Of a DNA stretch of 64,000 nt, positions 7,839 through 15,857 are shown piece by piece. The DNA is from Planctomycetota bacterium (GTDB lineage Bacteria > Planctomycetota > MHYJ01 > JACPRB01): positions 9,844 through 73,843 of the forward strand of contig JACPRC010000068.1 in assembly GCA_016190175.1 (NCBI GenBank). Direction: 5' to 3'. How positions within the stretch are numbered: the first letter of the stretch is position 1; every line of letters begins with the position of its first letter. The notes below the pieces were generated by a model. The model saw nothing but the letters and a program-made list of their open reading frames with translations. It was not told the DNA's origin and made no database searches. A program made the position numbers and the translations under genes.

Positions 7839-10800
7839 TCACGCGAGGATCGGCGCGTCGAGCGACAGGCGCACGAGGCTCGGGAGGAACGGCTCAAGTT
7901 CGCCGGGCTCGAAGCGGCACAGGCCGATGTTGAACCAGAAGGCGCCGGCGGACTCGCCGTTCAGTTTGTATTCCCCGGTGGGCTTCAGGACCGCCCAGCC
8001 GTCCGGCAGAGGGACGAGTGTCGCCAGCCGCTCGGCCGTGCGCGCATCGTGGATCTGGATGCCGTTCGCGTCTGCCGCCGCCAGGAGCGAGCCATCGCGG
8101 ACGAAGCCGATGCTGTTCACCGTGCCGGCGAATCCATCGATCCGCCGCAGTTCCTTCCCCGTCGAGAGATCCCACAACCGAACGGTGCTGTCCCCCGATC
8201 CGCTGGCCACCTGAAAGCCGTCCGGACTGAACGCGACGCTCGTCACCCAGTTCGTGTGTCCCTCGAGCCGCCGCAGTTCCCTCCCCGTCGAGAGATCCCA
8301 CAGGCGAACCGTACAGTCGTACGAACCGCTGGCCAACCGCGTGCCGTCGGGACTGAACGTGGCGCTCGTAACCCGGTGGGTGTGTCCCTCCAGCCACCGC
8401 AGTTCCTTCCCTGTGGAGAGATCCCACAACCGAACGGTTCTGCCTTCCGATCCGGTGGCAAACCGCAAGCCGTCCGGACTGAACGCGACGCCCAGGACCC
8501 CGCCGGTGTGTCCCTCGAGCCGCCGCAGTTCCTCGCCCGTCGAGAGATCCCACAACCAGACGGTCTCGTCCCACGATCCGCCGGCCAACCGCAAGCCGTC
8601 CGGACTGAACGCGACGCCCAGGACCCCGCCGGTGTGTCCTTCGAGCCGCCGCGCTTCCTTCCCCGTGGAGAGATCCCATAACCGAACCGTGCTGTCCGCC
8701 GATCCGCTGGCCAGCCGCGAGCCGTCCGGACTGAACGCGACACTCATGACCCAGTTCGTGTGTCCTTCGAGCCGCCGCGCTTCCTTCCCCGTGGAGAGAT
8801 CCCACAGCCGAATCGTCTTGTCCCACGATCCGCTGGCCAAACGCGCCCCGTTTGGGCTGGAAGCAACGTTCGTGATTCTCATCCGATGTCCTTCGAGCCG
8901 CCGCGCTTCCTTTCCCGTCGAGAGATCCCACAACCGGACGGTGTTGTCGTGCGATCCGCTGGCCAGCCGCGAGCCGTCCGGACTGAACGCGACGCTCGCA
9001 ACAAAGCCGGTGTGTCCCTCGAGCCGCCGCGGTTCCTTCCCCGTCGAGAGATCCCACACCCGAACGACGCCGTCCACCGATCCGCCGGCCAGCCGCGCCC
9101 CGTCCGAACTGAACGCGACGCTCATGACCCAGATAGTATGTCCCTCGAGCCGCCGCAGTTCCTTTCCCGTCGAGAGATCCCACAGCCGAATCGTCTTGTC
9201 CCACGATCCGCTCGCCACCCTGGAGCCGTCCGGACTGAACGCCACGCTCGTGACCAACCCGCCATGCCCCTCGGCCCGCCACACTTCTATCCCCGTCGAC
9301 AGATCCCACAACCGAACCGTGCGGTCGTCCGACCCGCTGGCCAGCCGCAAGCCGTCCGGACTGAACGCGACGCTCGTGACCGAGTTCGTGTGTCCCTCGA
9401 GCCGCCATACTTCCTTCCCCGTGGAGAGATCCCACAACCGAACGGTCTTGTCATCCGATCCGCTGGCCACCCGCAAGCCGTCCGGACTGAACGCCACGCT
9501 CGTAACCCCCTCGCCGTGTCCCTCGAGCCGTCGCGCTTCCTTCCCCGTCGAGAGATCCCACAGCCGAACGGTCTTGTCCGACGATCCGCTGGCCACCCGC
9601 AAGCCGTCCGGACTGAACGCCACGCTGATCACCTTGTCACGATGCCCCCGAAGGACGACGATGCAGGCGCCTGAGGATTGCTCCCACACGCGAACACTGC
9701 CGTCGTCGTGGCCGCCGGCGACGAACTCGCCGGAAGGACCTCCCATCGCAACGGCATTGCACGCCGATGCGAATCCTATGCACGTCCGTGTCGCATCGGG
9801 CTTGGGGAGAGCGGCGCCGAACGTGTCGCAGGTCGCGGGAAGCGTCCCCTCATACTGGGCGCCCACCAGCTTGGCGCGGTGGAAGATCGCCCGCGACACT
9901 TCCGCGCCTCGAAGATCGGCCCCCAGGAGCCGCGCGCACGAGAAGTCGGCCCCCGCGAGGTTCGCCCCGCTCAGAGTCGCCCTGGTGAGGTCGGCCTCTT
10001 GCAGCCGCGCGCCCGAAAGGTCGGCCCCCTCCAGCTTGGTTCCGACCAAGCGCGCGGCCGTCAGGTTCGCGCCGCTGAGGTCGGCGCCGGAAAGATCCTG
10101 GCCCGAAAAGTCGGCCCCGGAAAAGTCCTTCCCTTCGATCCGAACCCGCTTCGCCTTGGCGTTCGCCCGTGAGAGCAGGAGGAGCGCGTTCTTCTTCTCG
10201 ACGGGACCGGCCTTCTCCGAGGCCAGAGTCGTCTGACCCCAAGCCGTTGCCTTGTCGCGTCCAGCGAGATCGATCAGAAAGTCCGCCATCAACGGCGACA
10301 TCTCGCGGACACCGAAGATCCTGCGCGGGCCACTCGCCTCGCCCAGCTCGCGGGCGGCTCGATCGGCGACCAGCCATTCCATCACCGACTGGTGGATGAA
10401 GGAGAAACCTCCCTCTTCGTCCCTCACGAGCAGCGTGCCGCTCCCAACCTGGTGCGCCACCTCCGCCGGGCTGAGTCGAAGGCGACTCAATATCTCGGTC
10501 GCCCAAGCCACGTCTTCGGCGAGCTCGCGCGCGTTGACAGTCCGCTCCGGCCCTTCCCACAAGCGTAAGGCGATCTCGGTGACCGCCCGCCGTCGGTCCT
10601 CCAAGACGAGGGCGGACGGCGCACCCGGCGGTTGGACGCGCCCCACTTCCTGTCCTAGCCACTGATCGAGGAGGATCTTGTAAAGGCCCCCGGACGTCAC
10701 GTGTCCCGCGCGCTTCTTGGCGGCCCGCAGTCTCCGCTCGTCCAGCGCCGCGATGAAGGCGAGCATCCGAGGATTCTGGGAGAGCCCGGCAAGGTCCGGC

Positions 10801-12941
10801 ACATCCTTCAAGAGTCTCAGCCGCTCCGTCGCCTTTTTCTCGTCCCCCATCTGGTTCGACAGGAACCTCAGGATTCTCGCGTCGTCGAAGGGCTGCAGCT
10901 TCGCCACGCGCCGGCGGGCAAGCCCCTCCACGCGCCGGCTGAGGGCGCTGAGCACCTGGCGGTCCGACTCGAAGTGCTGGGTGCGGCTCGTGACCACGAC
11001 GCGCGCCTTTCCCGCCGCCGCCGCAAGGATGGTGTCGAAGTGCTCGGCGGCCCGATCGTAGGTGAGGCGCAAGGCGAGCTCATCGAACCCATCGAAGAGA
11101 AGCGCGATCCGTCCCTCTTCGAGCATGTAGCGGAACGCAGTGGGATTGAACTCCACGCCGGCTCGGGCGAAGTGCTGGGCCGCGAGCTCGTCGAGGCACC
11201 GTCCCTTCTCGAGCGCGCGCATTTCGATCAGTACGGGGAATATCCCGCCGCCCGAACTCCCAAGCGGGCGAGTCAGTTCCCTCAGCAGGAAGCTCTTGCC
11301 TGTCCCGAAATCGCCCAGGACGAGAACGAACCGGCCGAGCGGATCCTGAAGCCACTTGAAGATGGACTCCAGCGCATCTTCAGACGCACCCGTGTCCCCA
11401 TCCTCCCCCGGCTGGAACGTCATCCTCTGGGGCACGTACAGCTTGTGCGGGTACAGGCGATCATTGGCGAGCCGCTCGGTCTGCCGCGAGACGTAGGGAC
11501 GAAGATCGATCAGTCCCTGGAACTCGGTGAAGCTCACGAGCCAGACGCGCTCGTTCGCCGCTTTCCGCGCCAGATCCTCCGAAGCGGGGGCGCCGCCGTA
11601 CACGAATGCCGACTGCACTCCGGGATCCGCCCTGCGGTAGCGTTCGTGAACAGCCAGGAAGCCGTCCAAGGTCTTGTCGGTGACGTCTCCTTCGGTCCCG
11701 CTCACCGGATGGACGCAGGCCGGACCGGACTTGCCGGCAGAAACCCTGAGATAGTCGTGCCCGGAGACGGGATCGGACATCCGCTCGATCGCGGCGCCCG
11801 CATACCGGATGCGGCAGATCGCGGCGACGCGAGAGAGGAAGTCGTCCGCGAGCGGGCGGTGGTGCAGGCGTTCGAGCGCCTCTTCCGACGGTCGCGCCGA
11901 TTCGGAAGGCGAGACTGAGGGTAGCGCGAACGTGCCATGAACGGCCTCGAAGCCTACGTTTTCCTCGCGCCACCACGCGTCGCCATTCTTGGATGCGCGA
12001 TTGTCCCCGATCCACTTCTTGTCGCCGGGAGAGTATCCGCGGCACCATCGTTTGAGGCGGTCGGGCCATACTTGAACGATCTGATACTGGTTGGGCACCT
12101 CGGGAGGACGATCTTTCACCTCCACCGCGGCGCTGCCCGTTGCGAGGATCGGCACCTTCGGCGACAGCCAATCCAACTTGCCTTCGTGCCTATGACCGTG
12201 GAGAAACAGGTTGATCGTCTCGCCGAGATAGCGATTCAGGTCGGCTTCATCGCGGAGGTTCGCTTCGTCGTCAACCGGGTTCCGGCGGATGTTGTGGTGG
12301 AGCGCCCCTACGCGCAACCATCCCTGCTCCTTGTACGTGGTGAGTTTCTCCTGAAACCACCGGAGTTGCCCTTCGCCCAGAAGGCCATGGTGAACTTCGT
12401 GGCTCTCCGCCATGGTCGAGTTGAGTCCCGCGACCGCGAGCTTCAGATCCTTCAATTCATGGAGAGTCCACGGGGAATCCTCCGTGAAGGAAGCGGCCGG
12501 AGGGTGGTCCTTGTAGAAGCTGTCGAGCAGTTTCTTGCAAGCCCTCCACTTGGGAAAATACGGTTCGCGAGGTCTGGCGCCGTCGCCTTCACAGTCTGAG
12601 AAATAGGCGACGCAGTGTTTCCAATTGACGTCGTGGTTGCCGGGGACGAGCACGACGTGATCCGGTTGCAGCTTGAGGAATGCCGTGAGTTCACCCAGGA
12701 ATGTTTGTACGTCTTCGAATTCCGAGGGCATCGCCCACTCGGCCAGGTCGCCCGTGACGATAGCAAGATCCGGGGACAGCCCGTGCTGCCCTCGCAGCAA
12801 CGTGAGATCATCCTTGAGTCGTTGAATCAGCGTGTCGAAACGCCCGTCCGGGCAGTCCTTCTGCGGCACGCGAAACCGATGTTCCTTGCCGAACTGGATG
12901 TCCGAGAGGTGCAGCAATGTGATTGCGCGGGGTTCCGTCAC
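7839..12941 (-). CDS. STAND NTPase: metallophosphoesterase, P-loop NTPase (NACHT/AAA-like), pentapeptide repeats and 14 WD40 blades
   Basis: Calcineurin-like motifs LHLSDIQFG, IVTGDLAEW, VPGNHDV, LHGHRHEG. Walker A VLVLGDFGTGKS and Walker B ALLFDGFDEL. A pentapeptide run (FSGADFSGQDLSGADLSGANL...). Twelve copies of ...VRLWDLSTGKE... plus two degenerate blades. GTG at 12941 has an AGGAG RBS; the ORF is also open to ATG at 13025. Confidence 0.9.
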   Translation of the reverse strand: MTEPRAITLLHLSDIQFGKEHRFRVPQKDCPDGRFDTLIQRLKDDLTLLRGQHGLSPDLAIVTGDLAEWAMPSEFEDVQTFLGELTAFLKLQPDHVVLVPGNHDVNWKHCVAYFSDCEGDGARPREPYFPKWRACKKLLDSFYKDHPPAASFTEDSPWTLHELKDLKLAVAGLNSTMAESHEVHHGLLGEGQLRWFQEKLTTYKEQGWLRVGALHHNIRRNPVDDEANLRDEADLNRYLGETINLFLHGHRHEGKLDWLSPKVPILATGSAAVEVKDRPPEVPNQYQIVQVWPDRLKRWCRGYSPGDKKWIGDNRASKNGDAWWREENVGFEAVHGTFALPSVSPSESARPSEEALERLHHRPLADDFLSRVAAICRIRYAGAAIERMSDPVSGHDYLRVSAGKSGPACVHPVSGTEGDVTDKTLDGFLAVHERYRRADPGVQSAFVYGGAPASEDLARKAANERVWLVSFTEFQGLIDLRPYVSRQTERLANDRLYPHKLYVPQRMTFQPGEDGDTGASEDALESIFKWLQDPLGRFVLVLGDFGTGKSFLLRELTRPLGSSGGGIFPVLIEMRALEKGRCLDELAAQHFARAGVEFNPTAFRYMLEEGRIALLFDGFDELALRLTYDRAAEHFDTILAAAAGKARVVVTSRTQHFESDRQVLSALSRRVEGLARRRVAKLQPFDDARILRFLSNQMGDEKKATERLRLLKDVPDLAGLSQNPRMLAFIAALDERRLRAAKKRAGHVTSGGLYKILLDQWLGQEVGRVQPPGAPSALVLEDRRRAVTEIALRLWEGPERTVNARELAEDVAWATEILSRLRLSPAEVAHQVGSGTLLVRDEEGGFSFIHQSVMEWLVADRAARELGEASGPRRIFGVREMSPLMADFLIDLAGRDKATAWGQTTLASEKAGPVEKKNALLLLSRANAKAKRVRIEGKDFSGADFSGQDLSGADLSGANLTAARLVGTKLEGADLSGARLQEADLTRATLSGANLAGADFSCARLLGADLRGAEVSRAIFHRAKLVGAQYEGTLPATCDTFGAALPKPDATRTCIGFASACNAVAMGGPSGEFVAGGHDDGSVRVWEQSSGACIVVLRGHRDKVISVAFSPDGLRVASGSSDKTVRLWDLSTGKEARRLEGHGEGVTSVAFSPDGLRVASGSDDKTVRLWDLSTGKEVWRLEGHTNSVTSVAFSPDGLRLASGSDDRTVRLWDLSTGIEVWRAEGHGGLVTSVAFSPDGSRVASGSWDKTIRLWDLSTGKELRRLEGHTIWVMSVAFSSDGARLAGGSVDGVVRVWDLSTGKEPRRLEGHTGFVASVAFSPDGSRLASGSHDNTVRLWDLSTGKEARRLEGHRMRITNVASSPNGARLASGSWDKTIRLWDLSTGKEARRLEGHTNWVMSVAFSPDGSRLASGSADSTVRLWDLSTGKEARRLEGHTGGVLGVAFSPDGLRLAGGSWDETVWLWDLSTGEELRRLEGHTGGVLGVAFSPDGLRFATGSEGRTVRLWDLSTGKELRWLEGHTHRVTSATFSPDGTRLASGSYDCTVRLWDLSTGRELRRLEGHTNWVTSVAFSPDGFQVASGSGDSTVRLWDLSTGKELRRIDGFAGTVNSIGFVRDGSLLAAADANGIQIHDARTAERLATLVPLPDGWAVLKPTGEYKLNGESAGAFWFNIGLCRFEPGELEPFLPSLVRLSLDAPILA
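8020..9720. repeat. 126-bp tandem periodicity (WD40-encoding DNA repeats)
   Basis: Recurrent gagagatcccacaaccgaac...gtccggactgaacgc units. About 60-nt blocks at roughly 8460-8530 and 8586-8656 are almost identical. Confidence 0.85.
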
Positions 12942-13019
12942 CTGCCGATCTCCTACCGTCGAAGCGCGCGCATCATACAAGAGCGGGGTCTGACGGCGCA
13001 ACCATCCCAGCGGCCCGCG

Positions 13020-13090
13020 GTCCATTCCTTTGCGCCCGCCATCCCCGACGGTTATAGTGGCGCGCCGTGACCAAGGGAAAGGTTTTCCTC
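13020..13090. repeat. right copy of the 71-bp direct repeat (contains the cobA-hemD promoter and its first 8 codons)
   Basis: See 3451-3521: 65 of 71 positions identical. Confidence 0.9.
13030..13058 (+). promoter_or_regulatory. sigma70-like promoter of cobA-hemD, probably leaderless
   Basis: TTGCGC (13030-13035), 17-nt spacer, TATAGT (13053-13058). Only 8 nt separate the -10 element from the GTG at 13067. Confidence 0.5.
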
Positions 13091-14431
13091 GTCGGCGCCG
13101 GGCCGGGCGACCCGGACCTCATGACCGTCCGCGCGCGCGACCTTCTCCGCCGCGCCGACGTCGTCGTTCCGGACCGCCTCGCTCCGCTGGACTTGGAGCG
13201 TCTCGCTCCGGACGCCCGGATCGCGCAACCCGAGCGGCTCATCCGCGAGGCGCGGGCGGGCCGCCGCGTCGTCCGCCTGCGTGCCGGCGATCCGATGACG
13301 TTCGGCCACGTGGACGAGGAGATCGACGCGCTCCGTCGCGCCGGCATCGACTTCGAGATCGTCCCCGGCGTCACGGCCGCGCTCGCCGCGGCCGCGTGCG
13401 CCGGCATCCCGATGACCCGGCGCGACTGCGCCTCCCGTCTCACCTTCGTCATCGGGCGCGGGCCGATGGGGGAGGGCGGGGTGGACCTGGACGAACGCGG
13501 CACCGTCGTCTCCTACACGGGGGCCGCGACGCTCCGCGAGCTCGCCGCGAAGCTGCGATCCGGCGGATGGCCCGCCGGCACGCCCGCGGCCGTCGTCGAG
13601 GCCGCCGCCACGCCGCGCCACCGGGTCGTCGAGGGCACGCTCGCCGACATCGCGCGCCGGGCCCGGGACGTCCGCGCCCCGGCGGTCACGTTCGTCGGAA
13701 AGGCGGTCGGGCTTCGCGCCCCGTGGTTCGAGCGCCGGCCGCTCTTCGGCCGGCGGATCGTCGTGACCCGGCCGCGCGACCAGGCGGGCGACCTCGCCCA
13801 ACGACTCGCGGAGCTCGGCGCCGAGGTCCTGACCGTCCCGACCATCGAAATCCAACCCGTGCCGCACGCGAGGATCGACGACGCCGACCTCCTGCTCTTC
13901 ACCAGCCAGAACGGCGTGGAGTGCTATTTCCGCCGGCTGCGCGACCTGGGGCGCGATTCGCGCCGCCTCGCGAAGACGTTCGTCGCCGCCGTCGGGCCCG
14001 CCACCGCCGCCGCGCTGGAGCGGCACGGCGTCCTCGCCGACTTCGTCGCCTCCGAGTTCACGAGCGAGCGCCTCGCGCGCGAGATCGCACCGCTCGGGCG
14101 TGGCAAGACCGTGCTTCATGCGGGCGCCGACAGGACGAATCCCGAGGTGCGGCGGATCCTCGAGAAGCACGGCGCGAAGTTCCGGAAGGTCACGCTCTAC
14201 CGCATCGTCCCCGCGCAACGGCTCCGCTGTCCCGACGCGGACCTCGTCACCTTCGCCAGCGCGGAGACGGCGCGGCAGTTCGCGGCGCGGGCGGGGACGC
14301 GCATGCCCGCCGCCTGCATCGGTCCCGTTTCGGCGAAGGCCGCACGCGACGCCGGGTTCCGCGTCGCGGCCGTCGCGAAGGAATACACACTGGAGGGCCT
14401 CGTGGAGGCGATCGTGAAATGGGCGAGATGA
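13067..14431 (+). CDS. cobA: fused uroporphyrinogen-III C-methyltransferase / uroporphyrinogen-III synthase
   Basis: N-terminal KVFLVGAGPGDPDLMTVRA, VVRLRAGDP and GIPMTRRD match SUMT. The C-terminal half (RRIVVTRPRDQAGDLAQRLAELGAEVL...) resembles HemD. Confidence 0.85.
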   Translation: MTKGKVFLVGAGPGDPDLMTVRARDLLRRADVVVPDRLAPLDLERLAPDARIAQPERLIREARAGRRVVRLRAGDPMTFGHVDEEIDALRRAGIDFEIVPGVTAALAAAACAGIPMTRRDCASRLTFVIGRGPMGEGGVDLDERGTVVSYTGAATLRELAAKLRSGGWPAGTPAAVVEAAATPRHRVVEGTLADIARRARDVRAPAVTFVGKAVGLRAPWFERRPLFGRRIVVTRPRDQAGDLAQRLAELGAEVLTVPTIEIQPVPHARIDDADLLLFTSQNGVECYFRRLRDLGRDSRRLAKTFVAAVGPATAAALERHGVLADFVASEFTSERLAREIAPLGRGKTVLHAGADRTNPEVRRILEKHGAKFRKVTLYRIVPAQRLRCPDADLVTFASAETARQFAARAGTRMPAACIGPVSAKAARDAGFRVAAVAKEYTLEGLVEAIVKWAR

Positions 14432-15357
14432 ACCTGCGCCGGCTCCGCCGGACCCCGCTCCTGCGGTCTCTCGTGCGCGAGACGACCCTGAGTCCCGACG
14501 ATCTCGTGATGCCGTATTTCGTCCGCCACGGCAAGGGCGTGCGCGCCCCGATCCGGTCGATGCCGGGCCAGTTCCAGTTGTCGGTCGACGAACTCGTCAA
14601 GGACATCAGGACCCTCCGCGTGCCCGCCGTGATCCTCTTCGGCATCCCGAAGCGCAAGGACGCGCGGGGCTCCGAAGGCTATGCCAGGGACGGGATCGTC
14701 CAGCAGGCCGTGCGCGCGCTGAAGTCGGAGACGGACAAGCTCGTCATCACCGACGTCTGCATGTGCGAGTACACGGACCACGGCCACTGCGGGATCGTGC
14801 GCGGGGAGACGGTGGACAACGCGGCGACGCTGCCGTTCCTGGCGCGGATCGCCGAGTCCCACGTCGAGGCGGGGGCGGACATGGTCGGCCCGAGCGCGAT
14901 GATGGACCGCCAGGTCGCCGCGATCCGCGCGGCGCTGCCCGACACGCCGATCCTCGCCTACGCCGCGAAGTTCGCGTCCGCCTTCTACGGCCCGTTCCGC
15001 GACGCCGCGGAGTCCCCGCCGAAGTTCGGCGACCGCTCGACGTACCAGATGGACCCGGGCAATGCCGACGAGGCGATGCGGGAGATCGACCTTGATTTGC
15101 GCGAAGGTGCGGATATAATCATGGTGAAGCCGGCGCTGGCGTACCTGGATGTCGTGCGCCGCGCGAAGGAGAGGTTCGGCTGCCCGACGGCCGCTTACAA
15201 CGTGAGCGGCGAGTACGCGATGGTTCGGGCGGCGGGGGAGAGAGGGTGGATCGACGGGAAGAAGGCCGTTCTCGAGATTCTCACTTCCATCCGCCGTGCC
15301 GGTTCGGACTTCATCCTGACGTATTCCGCACGAGAGGTCGCTGAGTGGATCAGTTGA
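14428..15357 (+). CDS. hemB: porphobilinogen synthase (zinc type)
   Basis: MNLRRLRRTPLLRSLVRET, DVCMCEYTDHGHCG (Cys-rich Zn site) and MVKPAL. ATGA overlap with the cobA-hemD stop. Confidence 0.92.
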   Translation: MNLRRLRRTPLLRSLVRETTLSPDDLVMPYFVRHGKGVRAPIRSMPGQFQLSVDELVKDIRTLRVPAVILFGIPKRKDARGSEGYARDGIVQQAVRALKSETDKLVITDVCMCEYTDHGHCGIVRGETVDNAATLPFLARIAESHVEAGADMVGPSAMMDRQVAAIRAALPDTPILAYAAKFASAFYGPFRDAAESPPKFGDRSTYQMDPGNADEAMREIDLDLREGADIIMVKPALAYLDVVRRAKERFGCPTAAYNVSGEYAMVRAAGERGWIDGKKAVLEILTSIRRAGSDFILTYSAREVAEWIS

Positions 15358-15857
15358 AGCCGATGGTCGAGGCGGTCCTGTTCGTCTCGGACGAGCCGCT
15401 GTCCGCCCAGAAGATCAAGGACTTCATCCCGGACGCGGACGTCGCGGCGGTCAAGTCGACCATCGACGCGCTGCGGGCGGACTACGAGTCGAGCGGCCGC
15501 GCCTTCACGATCGAGGAGATCGCGGGCGGGTACCGGATGTTGACCCGGCCGGTGTACGCCGATATAATCGCCCGGCTCCGGAAGGCCCGGGCGGAGAAGA
15601 AGTTGTCGCAGGCGGCCATCGAGACGCTCGCCATCGTCGCGTACCGCCAGCCGATCAAGCGCGTGGACATCGAGGCGATCCGCGGCGTGCAGTCGGGCGA
15701 GATTCTCCGGGCCCTGATGGAACGGAACCTCGTCAGGATCGCGGGACGGGACACCGTGCCGGGAAACCCCGTCCTGTACGGCACGACGAAGGAGTTCCTG
15801 GAGGTCTTCGGCCTGAACTCGGTCACGGACCTGCCGAAACCGGAGGAGATCAAGTAG
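15345..15857 (+). CDS. scpB: segregation and condensation protein B
   Basis: VEAVLFVSDEPLS, IAGGYRM, LSQAAIETLAIVAYRQPI and GRDTVPGNPVLYGTT are classic ScpB motifs. Confidence 0.9.
   Translation: MDQLKPMVEAVLFVSDEPLSAQKIKDFIPDADVAAVKSTIDALRADYESSGRAFTIEEIAGGYRMLTRPVYADIIARLRKARAEKKLSQAAIETLAIVAYRQPIKRVDIEAIRGVQSGEILRALMERNLVRIAGRDTVPGNPVLYGTTKEFLEVFGLNSVTDLPKPEEIK

Noticed and set aside
3522-13019. Integrase, transposase or tRNA attachment site that would explain the island's mobility.
   Set aside because: None of the five island proteins shows tyrosine- or serine-recombinase or DDE motifs, and no tRNA gene flanks the repeats. The island is therefore reported without a mobility mechanism.
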